A DNA stretch of 63,996 nucleotides, counting the filler, from Reclinomonas americana ATCC 50394 (taxonomy: Eukaryota): the NCBI GenBank assembly GCA_048213135.1. It is 5 parts of 4 records of this genome, joined end to end, with 100 filler letters (N's around TTAATTAATTAA, not from the genome) between each part and the next. Parts side by side here need not be neighbours in the genome. Positions count along the whole stretch, not along the records: positions 1 to 27,223 come from PS015334.1; 4 more parts are not named here. One strand, written 5' to 3'. Under the pieces are notes generated by a model. It was not told where the DNA came from and did not search any database. It was given only the letters and a program-made list of their open reading frames with translations. Shown one piece after another: positions 12,136-25,800 of the stretch (the stretch's first letter is position 1; each line of letters opens with the position of its first letter). The position numbers and the translations under genes are program-made.

Positions 12136-15100
12136 CATATGTAGGGTACGCTGTCGGGCAGGCCAAGGTGCCACGGCAGCAGTGTGTAGTTGGCATACGT
12201 GTCGGCTGGTGGAAAATTAAAAACCAGTTAGCCTCGGTGCGCCAACAACTTTCATACGCTGCGCAAGCGCACCAGCAAAAAAGAGAATCCAATCATTGTT
12301 GGCGATGGAGGTCTTGGCGGCGTTGACCTCGCCACGCGGTCCGTCGTCCAGGAACACCGCGTCGAGCGTGGTGGCCGGCTGTTCTCTCCTTCGTGAGATA
12401 TCAAGAACAAGCACATCACTTCGGTCACACGCACCTTGCTCGGACGCAGAAGTGTGCCCCCCTGGTTGCACGTGCGCATGACGAGCAGCTTGTCGGTGTA
12501 CCCAATCTGCATCACCAGTAAAAAATCAGCACGGCATCATCGAGGCGCGCCCATGCGCGGAGTGACGCACTCCATCACCAATGCCCACAGGTCCGGCACT
12601 CAGAGCACTGACAATTGCCTGCAGCGCAGGATTCGGCTCATCCAGGTACTGCGACGGTGCACCAGGCTGGTGGCTCGTGGACCAAAAATTATCTGCAAGC
12701 ACCTCGAGCTCAGCACGACAGACGATGTAAAGGCACGCTCCTCACACGACAAGACCCTTGAAAGGCCGCAAGCCCACTGCCCAGGCCAGCATCGAGGTGG
12801 TGCCGATCTGTGCATGAGCAGTCAGCAGCAGTGCAACTGCGGCAGCAGCATCACTGCACAACAAAATGCACCTTCCATTGCTGTGGCGCACGTGCCAGGT
12901 GATAATCGTCACTGCACCCAAGAGTTAAGGGAGATTGACTCAGCACGTACATCCCTCTCTCTGTCTGCACAACGCAACGAGACACGAATGTGCGTGACTT
13001 GCGGCACCATTGTGCTAACCAAGTAATCACTCGGCAATGCCATGCAGTACTCGATGGTGAGGTTGGCACGCTGCGCCGCACGACCCATCTCCAGCATGTA
13101 CGACTGCATGGGATTCTGGTCGACGCCAGTGATGCTTGTCCTGGTGACATTGACCCAGTTGAACTGGCCGACAAAGAAATAGTGCGCGTGAGTTTGGAAC
13201 TGGGATAGAGTAGAGGAGTGCCAATGTACCTGATCAATCAGCCACTGTGCACACAAGAGTGAGTGCTGGTCGCAGTACGAGGAAGGCACAATGCACACGC
13301 AACATCCTGCTCGTACACTTTGAGTCTGTCGAGACAAGAGACAAGTACTTTTTTTCAGCAGCCTGATAACGCGTACGCAACACGACTCACCACTCACCCC
13401 CACTGCTCGCTGAAGCGGAAGAGATAGTCAAACAGCTCGGGCAGATCGGGCTCCAGCGGAATCGAGGCCAGCGGCGGAGTGACTGAGAAAGCCCAACCTT
13501 TCTTCTGGTAGTCGTTCACAGCCGCGTACCTGAAACTTATGATCAGACACTGTGCGGCATCCACACGCCACATTGGCCACTGACCAGCGGTTGTGTTGGA
13601 TGAATGGCAGGCCGACGAGGTCTTGCAGGTGCTCAATACCATTCGGGAACACCTCGGGCATGGGTTCCCACAGCACAAGGCCGTTGGAGTTGAAGGCCAT
13701 GGTTGACTTGTAGTACCACCACGAGTCGAGCTGTCACGCGGAATTTTGTTAATGAGAGAGAGGACGAGAGAACGCATCTCCACAAGAACCGACCTGCATG
13801 TAGCGGATCGGGATGCCGGCCTGCAGGTAGCTGACGCGAGCGTCCACCAAGGTCTGCTCATAGTTCTTGCTGCATCGTGTGGTCAGCGGCGCAATGTGTG
13901 CGGCATGAATACACACAGGTGAACGTTTCCACTCACCCACTCTCGGTGTTGTAGTAATAGTAGGCGCCATTGTCGGTCCTGTGGAACACTCTGTGTGTGT
14001 GAGAGCGTGGAGAGATAGTGCGCATAGAGCTGTGTCGCCACGCAACCAGTAGCCCTGCCACACGACACAATGTCAAACACGGCCATGATGAGGAAAGAGA
14101 GAGGCTGTCACGAACCAAATTCTCCACCACGACATCGGCATTGGCTGCCGCGCGCTGCTTGCCAGATTGCTGCAGGAGCACGGCGCCCCACGCGTGCACA
14201 GTGTGATTGATGCCGTATCCAGCCACCAGCAGCGTGCCGTGCGCAAAGTTTTTCGGCAACGACGACGCCAGTCCCTGCACCGCACACACAATCAGTTTGA
14301 CGCAAAAGCGCAAACACGCGACCAACGGCAGTACCTCAATGCCAAACGCCAGCGCCGATCCAAGAGCCTGCGACACAGTCTGCAGCGCCACCTTGAAATT
14401 GGCCAGCGGACTCAGCACGAGCGTGGTGGGCGACTTGGACGGCTGGCGGAGTCATTACATCAGCACAAACGGAAACCGACCACATTACGAGACAGTTATC
14501 TCCACGCACCGTGGGATCAAAGATGACGAGAGGCACGCCACCTTGCAGAGAGCCACGGTAGGAGCGCATGAGGTCGCGACCAATCACCGGAACCGCATGC
14601 AGACCCTCGAAGGTGGCAAAGCCGAGGCCCTCCAGCCACGCACTGTCGACAAACGACGGGAACGCAGTGATCACGTCTGCATCGGAGCCCGCACTATTAC
14701 AACAACGCACATGAGCACATGAGAGGCAGAGAGGCAAAGAGTGAGTGAGAGAGAAACCTGCACGCGGGCAATCCACTCGGAAATTCTTGCGCAAAGATAA
14801 TGGCATTGAGGGCGGCATACACGCGAAACCGTGTAATCACCGGCACCGATGCCGCATTGTGCCACGTAATCACTGTCTCCTGATAATCACCAAACTTGTC
14901 CTGAAAGAAGAGCGCGAGAGTGAGCGCGTTAAGTGTGTGTCACCGACCGCATCTGCGTTGATGCGCAACTCGTCCACTCCCGCGCGAGCTCTGCTGCACC
15001 TGCAGCGATCCGTCGGTCGAGCGGAACCACCGCCCGCCAGTGTGCACGGCGGTGGCGCCGCTGGAGAGCCACTGCAATCCGTCGACGTTCACCGAGTACG

Positions 15101-15221
15101 ATCCATTGCCGGTGTTCACATTGAGCGCCAACTGCGGCTGCGAGTCGTCGCTTGCGCTCACTGCGACGACAGCGAGCAGGAGCGGAAGCAGGAGGAGAGC
15201 AAAAGCTCGCCGTGGCAACAT
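12136..15221 (-). CDS. Secreted glycoside hydrolase-like protein, GH36/clan GH-D-like TIM barrel, many exons
   Basis: Signal peptide MLPRRAFALLLLPLLLAVVAVSA; motifs TDNGAYYYY, YMQLDSWWY, VYEQDW, IEYCMA, CSDDY, LSAGPVGIGD, MRTCNQGGTLLRPSKP, similar in layout to raffinose synthase/alpha-galactosidase families. Confidence 0.7.
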
Positions 15222-15261
15222 GAAAAACGTCCTGTGCACAGCTGTCCTGCGTGTCATCGCA

Positions 15262-16771
15262 ATGGCTGCTCGTGTTCCGCGGCCGGTGGTTCTGCTTCTG
15301 ATCGTCGTGCTATGTTACTGCGCTGTGCTGCTGGTGTCAATGACGTGGCAGCCGGTCGACGCACAGCGCGAGGATCTGTCTGCGCGAACAAGAACACGCA
15401 ATGTCCTCGACAAGGTTTTCCTCCTCCTCCTCCTCCTCACGCACACTCTCAACGCACAGCTTGCTTACTCTGTCTGTGTGTGTGTCCATGCGTGCGCAGT
15501 TTGCTGATAGTGATGATGATGATAGTGGAGACAGTGATGAAGATGAGTTTGAGCGCGATCGCTCCGAGACACCGCAGTTGGCACTGGAGGAGCTCGAGCG
15601 ACGATACGCACGACAGCCGTACTCTGACATTACTCTGCGCGACTTTAACTTGTTGCGTTGACTTGATGCATGCACACACACACACACACACGTGTCGGTG
15701 CTGATGCGTGGAGAGAACAGCTTTGCGTTGCCTCCGCGCAAGCACAACCTCGTGGTGTTCTTCTCGTATGAGACCGAGGGATGCCGGCACTGTCCGTTTG
15801 TGCATGAGCAGATGCAGCGCATTGCGGATAAGTACCGCGAGGTGCGCAAGGCGTTTGCCGACAAGGCGCCCGTGTTCCTCGTGCGCTTCCAGGTCAATCC
15901 CGACATGATGCACATTGCGGAGAAGGTTATTATCAAGTCTGTCTCTGTTGAGGGCAAGAGAGACTCATCGTGTGCTCATTCATTCCACCAGTTCAAGCTC
16001 GACACGGTGCCGGCGCTGCTGCTGCTGAAGCCCGGCAAGACGTTTGTGCGCTACGACTTTCGGCGAGATGGAGCGTCGGCGCATGCGATTGCCACGTGGT
16101 TGGAGCGACACACCGGTGTCGACATTCGTGTGCGCATGAGATTACGCGACTCGGAGAAATCGGCGTGGGGCCAGTATGTGGAGGTCGGCGCCATTGGTCT
16201 CGGCACGCTCGCCCTGTGGATGCTGATCACGTGGTCGCCGATCATGTCGGTGTTCCGCCTCAAGGGTCGCTCCTTTGTGTTCTTCACCGTGGCTGTGGTG
16301 CGTCTCATCCTCCTGTAACACGCGAAATCTGTGCTGACTCAGTCAATGACAGGCGGTGTGGATGTTGAGTGTCGGCGGCATGTGGTACACGATTCATAGC
16401 AACATGCCGGCGTTTGGCGTGCGCGACGACGGGTCCATATTCTTCTTTTACCCATCGTGGCAGCGACAGTTCACACTAGAGGGCGTGCTGGCCGGCATTG
16501 TGGCACTCATGATCGCCTGGTCCATCATCTACGTGTCGGAGATTGTGACGCGCGACGACCTGGACGGCGGGCAAGCCATGCTGGCGACCATGATGACGGG
16601 CAGTTGAGTGATGATGATGATGATGATGATTCCTGCGCCGCGTGTGTGCGTGAGAGACAGTGTTCGCTCACCTGTGCTCGCACAGTGCTGTTTATCGGTG
16701 CGCTGGCCGGCATCATCATCTTCTCGCTAAAGATGCCACAGTACGGTCGACAAGTCATGTCGCTTGTGTAA
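15262..16771 (+). CDS. Oligosaccharyltransferase subunit, OST3/OST6 (MAGT1/TUSC3) family
   Basis: Signal peptide, thioredoxin-like CRHC motif, about 4 TM helices, SVGGMWYTIHSNMP and QRQFTLEG motifs. Confidence 0.85.
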
Positions 16772-16821
16772 GTGTACATTGCCATGTGATCTGCAGCTGT
16801 CGCCTCCTCCTCCCCCTCCAA

Positions 16822-18846
16822 TCATATCAGCGGGAAGGTGTTCCACAGCGACGAGTCGCACGTCTCGAACTCGAAGATGCCACCTGTGCGTGCGATGAGT
16901 GCACGAGGACGGCGACGGAGACGACATTCGGCACTCTCTTGGAGCTCACCGTACTGTCGCTCCTGAACGCCAATCAACAGGCGACTGGAGTCCGTCAAGA
17001 AGCACATGCCCGACACGTCGCCGAACAGCGTGAACGATTGCACGTCGATGAACTGCGAGTCCACACCAAACACATTGACGTGGTCGATGGATTCGGCCAC
17101 GGCCAGGTACCTTCGAGCGAAGAAGACAATGATGAGCGCACTCTGCAACGGCGAGTGGATCGGCAATCCGTTCAAACGAATACCTCTTGTCGGGGCTGAA
17201 CTTGACATTGCGCACAGCGGCGAGCTCGGCACCCAACACCGCCAGCGAGAGACGCAGGTTGCGCGAATCCCACACACGTGCCGTGGAATCCTGACCGCCA
17301 GTGGCAAGCAGAACACCATCCGGATGCCAGTCGCAGCCAAAGTTGTAGTCAATGTGTCCCTCCAGTGTGGCCACGACTGTGAGGAGCAGCGATGAGCTAA
17401 GAGACGAAAAGGTCAGCTCGCCACCACCTTGCCGCAACTCTGCTTGCTTCGCACGTCGTACAACAAGCATTCACAGCTGTCGCCGGTGACCACCAGTGTG
17501 TTGCCGTCGGGAGAGAGTGCGGATCTCTGCACACTCGTCCTTCAGCATGCACTCCCGACGCACACGATTGAAGAAGATGCACGACGACGCAACATTGACG
17601 GGCCAGGCAAAGTCAAAGCGCTCCGTGCACACAAAGGTTCGTGTGTCGAGGAAACGCACACGCATGTCGTTGTTGGAGCAGATTAACCGCGTGACTGTAC
17701 ACACGTCAACATCATGCCTCGTGAAGACTTGCCAGCAAGCCACGCAACTTCCGCTGTCAGTGGTGTGAAAGTTGAGTGCATTGGTAATGGCGTTGTCGCT
17801 GTCGCACAGCTTGCCATTGAAGACCTCGGTCTGTATCCCGCCCGCCCACACGTGGTGAGGGCACTGAGACAACACAGAAAGGGGCATGCGAGACAGACAC
17901 AACTCCGGTCAGCAGATTGCGACAGATGAGCTCCCCGTGCAGACCGCCGACAGCCACCAGCTCGTCGTTGACACACTGTGACGTGTGGCGTCAGATGGAG
18001 AACAAAAGAGGTCCATGCACGAACGCACGCTCTCGCACCATGCTGCACAGATGCACCGATGGCAGACCCTCGGGCCGCGCAAACGAAAACAGCTGCTCCG
18101 GCACGCCGACACGGAACTCGTTGCGCGTGTTGTGCACATCCAGTCGCTGCACGCTGTGATCGGCTGCACGCAAGACCACAGGCACAGTGAGTCAGAGAAG
18201 AGGAGGCGGAGGCAGCAGAAGAGCCGCACCAACAAAGTAGTACTGATGATCGTTGGGCGCCCACAGCATGTCCTTGAGCTGAAAGTGCACCGCCGACGGC
18301 ACCACCGACCGGTACGTGTGCCGAAACTCAAAGAACGACGTCACCTTGCGCTGAGGCGCTCGCAGCTGCTCTCCCCCCCTCGCAACGATGAGAGAATCGC
18401 AAGACACTGTTGTCAGTCAGTCAATCGCACCTGCTCAACCAGCCGCAAACTGGTCGTGGTGTTGCGGTAGCCTTCGTAGGTCTGTGAGCGCCGCCGCCGC
18501 ACATCCTCAGGACCCCACCGCTCACTCCACTTGATGCCCTGCATGTCGACACCGCCCTCCACCACCATCTCCCGCGTAATATCTAAGTCTCTCTACAAGC
18601 ACACAGACACATGAGCAATCAATGCACCCTCTCTGTCTCTGTGAGCGCAAGAGATGAAAGGAGCGCAACAGAGGCCGCGGCCTTTGCGCGATTCGGAACA
18701 ACACTCGCCCAACAGGGCTCTCGCAAGCGCGCGGAATCCGCCGCCGACCGCACCACATCATTGACCAACAAGCCACCGGCCAAGTCATCGTCCACTGGCA
18801 GCGTGTGCTCGCGCACCGCCGGAGCAGAGGATGCCGCGGCCGCCAT
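16822..18846 (-). CDS. WD40 repeat protein, DUF2415 / S. pombe C2A9.03-like
   Basis: DMQGIKW, VHFQLKDMLWA, AVGGLHGELIC, SNNDMRVR, WPVN, GHIDYNFGCDWHPDGVLLATGGQDSTARVWD, AVAESIDHV. Confidence 0.82.
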
Positions 18847-18933
18847 CCGCACACAAACGCGTTAACGAAGCGAAAGCGAGCACTCCGCGATTGTTCTTTC
18901 TTCTCGACTTTGCGCGCGTTTTTTGCACAAAGA

Positions 18934-19903
18934 ATGGCATCACCGCCCGCCGCCGCCGCTCCACCGAGCATCCGAGTGACCTACTTCAACTCGCCAGGGC
19001 GGGCCGAAGCACTCCGGCTGACGCTGTTCATTGGCGGCATTCCATTTGGTGTGGTTTCTTCTCTCACTCGCTCTCCAAGCACAGCCTCGCCAGTCACTGA
19101 TTGTGCGTGCACAGAGGACGAACGCATCTCGTACTCACAGTTCCTCGAGGGTCGGCAAAGGTAACAGCAGCACAGCATCTGATCCGCGACTGCATCTTTG
19201 CTTGCTTGCTTGCGCGCTCATTCGGAGTGTGTCGTCAGTGGGCGCTTCCCGTACGGGCATGTGCCGGTGATGACTGTGGACGGGACGCTGTATACGCAGA
19301 GTCTGGCGCTGACGCGGTACGCGGGTCGACTGAGCGGCTTGTACCCGCACGTGTGCGCGGCCTCGAGCAGCGATCAGGTGCTGAAGGACGCCATGCGAGT
19401 CGACGAGGTGCTGGAGTGCGTGGAGGAGATGCGTACGTCGTTTGGGTTCACGTTCCACGAGAAGGACGAGACGAAGCAGGTGCGGCTGCGAGAGGAGCTG
19501 GTGGAGAACCAATTCCCGCAATGGTTGGGCTACCTCGATCGCCTCCTCGCGGAGAACCCCACACACAGTGGCTACTTTGTGGGCGACTCACTCACGGTCG
19601 CCGACTTGGTGGCGTATGCGTTTGAGTTGACGGTCCGGCAAGGTCACACGCCCGGGTACGTGCAACTGCACAGCTTCAGCGACAATTGGGGTAGCTGAAC
19701 AGCAGTGCTTGTTTGCAGCATTCCGTCGACGCTGTTTGAGCCGTACGAGAACCTCAATCGCATGATCTCACAGGTGGACTCGCATCCACAGGTACATTGT
19801 CGCTGCTTGCGCTGCATCTTTTGAGGAAAGACATGTCAATTGTCATTGTTTGCAGGTCATCGAATGGCACCGTCTACACGCCGCCAAATCACCCCACCAC
19901 TGA
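18934..19903 (+). CDS. Glutathione S-transferase, sigma-like
   Basis: TYFNSPGRAEALRL, FEDERI, PYGHVPVMTVDG, QSLALTRY, YFVGDSLTVADL; four introns. Confidence 0.92.
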
Positions 19904-20015
19904 GCCACGGCGGCCTCTCTGTGTAGAAGGAGACCAAGCAATGTCTATCGGCCCCCTCCTTCTGCCTCTCAAAGTGAATGAAGTTGTCCTGCGCTGGATG
20001 TGAAAGAAAGAAAAA

Positions 20016-21163
20016 ATGGTCGCCGGAGGCAGCAGCGGAGGCGGATGGAAGGACATGCGTAACGGTGCAGTGTTGCAGGTGGCAGAGGCTGCCTCACTCG
20101 GTCTGCCCTTTGAAGTGTGGAAGACGCGCATGGGACGGTCTGTGTGTATACCTCACTCTCTCTCCACACACAATACGCATGCATTCATCGTGCACTCCCT
20201 CCCGCATAGGTATCGCGAGGAGTCCACAGTGCAAGCACTGCGTGCAGTGTACAATCGAGGTGGAGGAATGCGTGCATTCTGGGCCGGATTCACCCCGAAG
20301 ATGGTGGAGAGTGCCAGCAAAGGCGCAGTGTTCATGTACTCCAAGGAGGTCTCCCTCCCTGCCTCGCTCTCCGTTCTCCTTTCAGTGTACAATGCGCTCA
20401 TCTCTCTGCCTCCCCAACGCAGGCGATCCTCGCGCTCTGCAACACCGTCAACATGCCGACAACTGTGGCGGCCTTTGTTGGTGGTGCCGGTGCCGGCATC
20501 TGCCAGGTGTCTGTGATGGCCCCAATGATGCTGCTGGTGACGGGCGCGGTGACGGGCGACAAGTCGGTGTCGACCATGCAGCGTGCGAGTCGGATCTGGA
20601 GTGCGCACGGTCTGCGTGGTTTCTACCCGGGCGGCACACCGATTGCCTTCCGACAGGCCACCAACTGGGCCAGTCGCGAGGGATTCACGGTGGCCGTGCG
20701 CCAGTTTTTGCGCCGCACGCTCCATCACGGTGACATGAATGCGCGCTTGTCGGCGCCCGAGGAAGTCTGTTGCGTCCACGAGTGGCTTTTGAGGGGAGGG
20801 TAAAGTTGACTGACTGCCGGTGCTGACTGTGTGCAATGCAACCAGTGGCGGCGGCCATTGGTGGTACTCTGTCGTGCTGGAACCACCCGTTCGAGGTGGC
20901 GCGCATTGAGATGCAGAGTCGGGCCGATCTCGGCCAGTCGAGAATCACGATGATGCAGGTACACTCTCGCGTGCATGCACTCTCTGTGCTGGCGGCACCA
21001 CACTCACCCTTGACCTTCGCGCTCGCAGTGCTTTGCCCAAGTCTACAAGGAGCGAGGAATCGCCGGTCTCTTCCGTGGTGTCCCTCCGCGCATCCTCTTG
21101 TCGGTGTGGCAGACGCTGTTCATGGTCACTGGCGGACGCATCATCAAGGAGCGCCTCTCATGA
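20016..21163 (+). CDS. Mitochondrial carrier, YHM2-like citrate/oxoglutarate carrier
   Basis: LGLPFEVWKTRM, ESASKGAV, RQATNWASR, LSCWNHPFEVARIEMQS, characteristic of the YHM2 subfamily. Confidence 0.88.
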
Positions 21164-21426
21164 CACCAGTGAGACGACGCACATAGTTGTCCCATCCTTT
21201 GTTCACCGCTCTTTTCATTCTGCCCCTCTCTCGCTTCTTTCATCTTTTTTTCGAGTTGGCCCTCGGCCTTCTCCTCCCAATCTCCTCGGTGTGTCGGTGC
21301 ACCGAGAGTACACACGCCATAGAGACGGCAGACAAACAGAACAATATTTTACTTGGTCTCTGTGTGCGTGTGCGTAAGTGTGTGCGCTCGTCGCTTGCTC
21401 AACGCCGCCGCCGCCGCCGCCCCCGC

Positions 21427-22749
21427 TCAACGCGAATCGGGAGGGTGTGCGATCTTGCGGAAGTTGGGCACCACTTGCGCCACATAGTCACGCATTTGAA
21501 TGACTTGCTCCTCAATCGTCCACGTGTCCGAGTACGGCATCTGTACAACCTTGCAAGTGATGGGCTCCGAGCGTTGCACATTAAAGGCGTCCAGCGCCTG
21601 CATCTGCGCCGTGAACTGTTCCCGCGGATACCGCTTCGGCAGCGTAATCTCCGTGATGACGGGGAACTTGTCCATCTCGAACAGGTAGGTGATACGGAGG
21701 CCGACGTACGACTCGGACACCTCCAGCGGCCGCCCAATGTGCTTCAGGCAGTTCGACACAAAATCGCGCACACCATCCAGGTGCACACGCACGTCAATCA
21801 CCGACGTGGTGACCAGTTGCAGCGCATTCGGGTAGTAGTCCATCAGCATGGTGTCGTGATACCAGTACGGAAGCTGCAGAGAGTGTGCTGTGAGACGGAC
21901 GATGGTCACTGCAATGCAGTCCATGCACGACACGCAACTCGGCACTCCTCCAAAAACGTGAGATTAGGCGGGCACAAGATCCGCGTGGTCGACAGCGACG
22001 GCTTGGCGGGGTTGAAGCTGAGCAGCAGGCGCACCTGATCGGCGCCCGGCTCACCACGCAGCGGCTCAATGTTGAACGGAATGAGGAACTTGATCTCGAC
22101 CTCGTCGCCCGTGTTGTCAAACAGGTACTCGGTGCCCGGAATCGACGACGCATACTGGAACTCCACATCCACCCGCGACTTGCCTGATCGCGACACGCGA
22201 CGCCGTTGTGACTCCTGTCCACCACAGAGTCAGCGCGCGGACACACATGTACACGTCCTCTCTTTCTCCGATGAACACCTTGTAAAACTCGAGGACTTCC
22301 TTGACAACGGCGACCAGTGAGGCGGGATTGTGCGCGTCCCACACGTCCGGCGACAGCGTACGCATGCTCTCCCACTCCACCATGTCGGCGTCGGTGTTGG
22401 CGTCAAAGATCAAGTCGGGCGCCAGCTGCGGATGCCGACTGTCGAATAGGAATTCCCCTGTGTGTGTGTACATAAGAGAGGTGAGCAAGCAGAGAGAGAG
22501 AGTGAGTGCGTGTGTGTGCGGGGTAAGATGACGCAACAGCGAATGCGGCGTGTGCAGTACGGAACCTGCGTGCGTGTTGTTGTCAGCGTGAGGGGGGAAA
22601 TGGTCACGCGCGTGACAACAAAAAATACTCACCTCCACCACAAAGCGGTCTCCCAGTCGTACGTCCAGCGGCTCCACCTTGTACCCTTCGCGCACCAGTG
22701 CGCTGACCATCGGCCGCAGCCATGCAGAAACCCACTCGGGCGCAGACAT
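21427..22749 (-). CDS. BABAM2: BRE/BRCC45 (BRISC and BRCA1-A complex member 2)-like
   Basis: DRFVVEVPYC, EFLFDSRHPQLAPDLIF, WDAHNPASLVAVVKEVLEFY, ITLPKRYPREQ, MPYSDTW, VVPNFRK, collinear with BRE UEV domains. Confidence 0.78.
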
Positions 22750-22815
22750 TGTGATTGGTGGTACAGTATGGCATCGGCGAGCACTGTCGCTGTCTGTCCA
22801 CTTCGATCACCAAGA

Positions 22816-25800
22816 ATGTCAGCGGGAGGCAAGAAGGCCAGCAAGTTCTTTGGCACTGCGTCATCCAGCGAGGAGGAGGAAGAGGAGGAGGAGGAGGAGT
22901 CCGACTCCGGCAGCGACGACAGTGGCTCTGATGATGTTGCGTGTGTGCGCACAGAGTGACAATGTCCACCCAGAGCGCCCTCTTCTCTCTCTATGTCTGT
23001 CGAGCATCGTGGAGTGTGGTGGTTCCCTCCCCTGTGTGGTGCACTGTGTGTGCACTGAGTGCGGCGGTGTGAGAGGCTGTGGGTGTGAGGAGCGAGAGGA
23101 CATGGCTGCACATGTACGACAGACAAGGCGGCGGGCATGTGGACACGCGCACCCCCTCTCTCTCTCTTCCTCCCTCTCCGACTGCACACTGCTGCGCTCT
23201 CTCATGCACGCACACGCACGTGCACGACTCAGAGAATGACAGACGATGTGCAGAGATCCCCGAATTGGATCACTGATGTTGGTGCTGTGTGTGCAGATCT
23301 CTGATGAGGACAAGGCCGGCCCTGCGCGTGTGAACTCGGCTGGTGCACGCCGCGCCGTCGCGGCCATGACTCGCGACGACGATAGCGACTCTGACGATGG
23401 CAAGCGCAAGGTGCGACCGGCGTTGGAGCGCAAGCAAGACGAGATCAGGGTGAGTCCAGCGTCTTCTCTTCCTCCCTCGCGCTGCCTCTCGCGCTACTCA
23501 CACTCTTGCTGGATGCAGAATCTGGCACAATCGTTGTCGCGTCGCCTGGCTGTGGCACACCCGGTGTGGTCGGAGGTGTTGGAGGGATTCAATGAGTTGA
23601 CGGCCACATTCTCCAAGTCGCAAAAGGTGCTCGGATCGCTGCTGCCGGAGCCGATGCTGCTGGCGATGGCGCGTCTCGAGAGCCGTGTGTTCTCCACGGA
23701 CAGGAGCACCATCTCTTCGAAGCCCGACACCAAGGCCTACAACACACTGCGACAGCGCATCAAGAAGCACAATATGAGCTTTGGTGCGGACATGGACGCC
23801 GCTCGTGCCAAGGTGGAAGCCGAGCAGCCGACCGTCGCAGCCTCGCGCGATGCATTGTCGCCGGTGGGTGGTGCATCGTCGTCGGGTGCTTCGCGCTCCG
23901 GTGGCGACGAGGACGGCGACGGTGACGACGACGACATTTTCGCCGATCTCGACGACGAGGACGAATTGAGCGATGATGGCGAGCGAGGAGGGGCCAGTGG
24001 CAGTGGTGTCCGTGTGCTCCGCAGCAAGTTCTTCGATGTCGGGGTGCGTATTTCTCGTCATTCTTTCCCCCAGAGGTGGTGCGTGGAGACAACTCACCCC
24101 ACTTTATCTCGCTCTCGCAGTCATCGGATGATGAAGAGGAGGACGTGGCAGACGATGGCTCGAGCATGGACTCGGACTCGTCGGCGTCGAGCAAGAGCGA
24201 CGGCATGGTGGAGGCCATTATGGCGCGCGGTCCGATGCGCACGGCCGAGGGTCGCCTCATCAAGACCGGCATCAACTGGTTCCTTTCCGAGTCCGAGTCT
24301 GAGGAGGACGAGGAGGAGAAGAGGAACAAGAAGGAGAGGCGCGAAAAGAAGCGCGCAGAGCGCAAGGAGCGCCATCGCGCCAAGAAGGAGATCACCTTCT
24401 CAGAAGAGCAGGCCACCAAGCGCCCAGACGCGGTGGAGGAGGTGCTGACAGACGACCAAATCATCGATCGCATTGGCCAGATTTTGGAGCGCAGGAAGGT
24501 CGGTCGACAATCACTACACGCAGCACACACCCCTCCTACCTGTGCTTACCTCTCCCTCTTGGTGCACACTGCAGCTTCGCATGGACCGTCAGCAGCAGCT
24601 GCGCGCTCTGCACTCGCTTGTGCGCCGCATCTCGTCGCCTGTGCTGGTTCTCGACGGTCTGCTCAGTCTCATCAGCATGCAATTGGAGTTCCGCGTCGGC
24701 AACGTTATGCCTCTCTCGCTGTGGAAGGAGTTGAGTAGATGGAGACTGTCTGTTGGTGTAGCCATGGACTAACATTTGCTTCTCGACACCAGTTGCTTCC
24801 AAAACGTGTCGCAGTTGATTTCCGTCATGGAAGAGCACCCGGAGGTTGTGGCTTCACGGCCAGCAGCCCGCGACGAGGAGGAGGTCACACCGGTGAGTGT
24901 CGCACTGTGTTGTCATTGCACACTCCCTTGTCGCTGCGATTCTCATGCGTCGTCGTATAGGCCCGTCGCATGGCCCGCATGAAGGGCAGCCTGGTCAACT
25001 TTGTGGAGCGCCTCGACGACGAGTTCACTCGCCTGCTGCAGTTCACCGATCACCACTCGGACGAGTACGTGGAGCGTCTCGAGGACGAGTATTTCCTGGT
25101 GGACATGCTGGAGCGTGTGTACGAGGTTTGTGTGCATCATCAGCTTGGCGCGTGTGTGCGCGATTCCTCTGACTCAATTCTTTCCCGTGTGACTGCAGTT
25201 GCTGGAGGGCGAGGGCACGGGCCCGGAGCTGCGCGCCAACCTGGCGTCCCGTCTCATCGATCACATTTACTACAAGCGCATTGAGGGCTACATCAAGGCG
25301 CTGCAGCGCCAGAAGTCGGTGGTCGGTCAGGCTTCCGAGCGTGCCGCTCAGGGGCTGTACACCGACACCCACGAGAACCGCGACGGCGACGCCATGCCGG
25401 TGCGCATGCCGTCGGAGGCCGTCAGCGAGAATTCGGCCGACAACAAGGACGACAGCTCGGAGGCGGCGGGTGCCTCTGCGGCCACCACCCTCAGCATCCT
25501 GCTCGGCGAGCAACCGCGCACCAAGCGCATCACGTGCGTCACGAGAAAGAAGAGATGCGAGGTGATGGACGTCTGCGCTCACCACATTTTCTCTCTTTGT
25601 GCAGTGCACGTGCCGGCCGACTTGGACGCACACTGACCGAGGATTTGAATCAGACTGTAATGGCGCTGTCACGAGTGGTGTTCCAGTTTGCGCTGGACCG
25701 CATCAAGGCTCGCGTCATTCTCCAGCTGGCCTACCACTTGGCCGTGCACGATCAGTTCTACGCCGCTCGCGACATGTTCCTCGGCAGCCATGTGGGTGAC

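Noticed and set aside
22936..22950. eIF3c first donor counted as GTTGCG
   Set aside because: An in-phase GTGCGC at 22945 is equally possible, so it was left out of the evidence.
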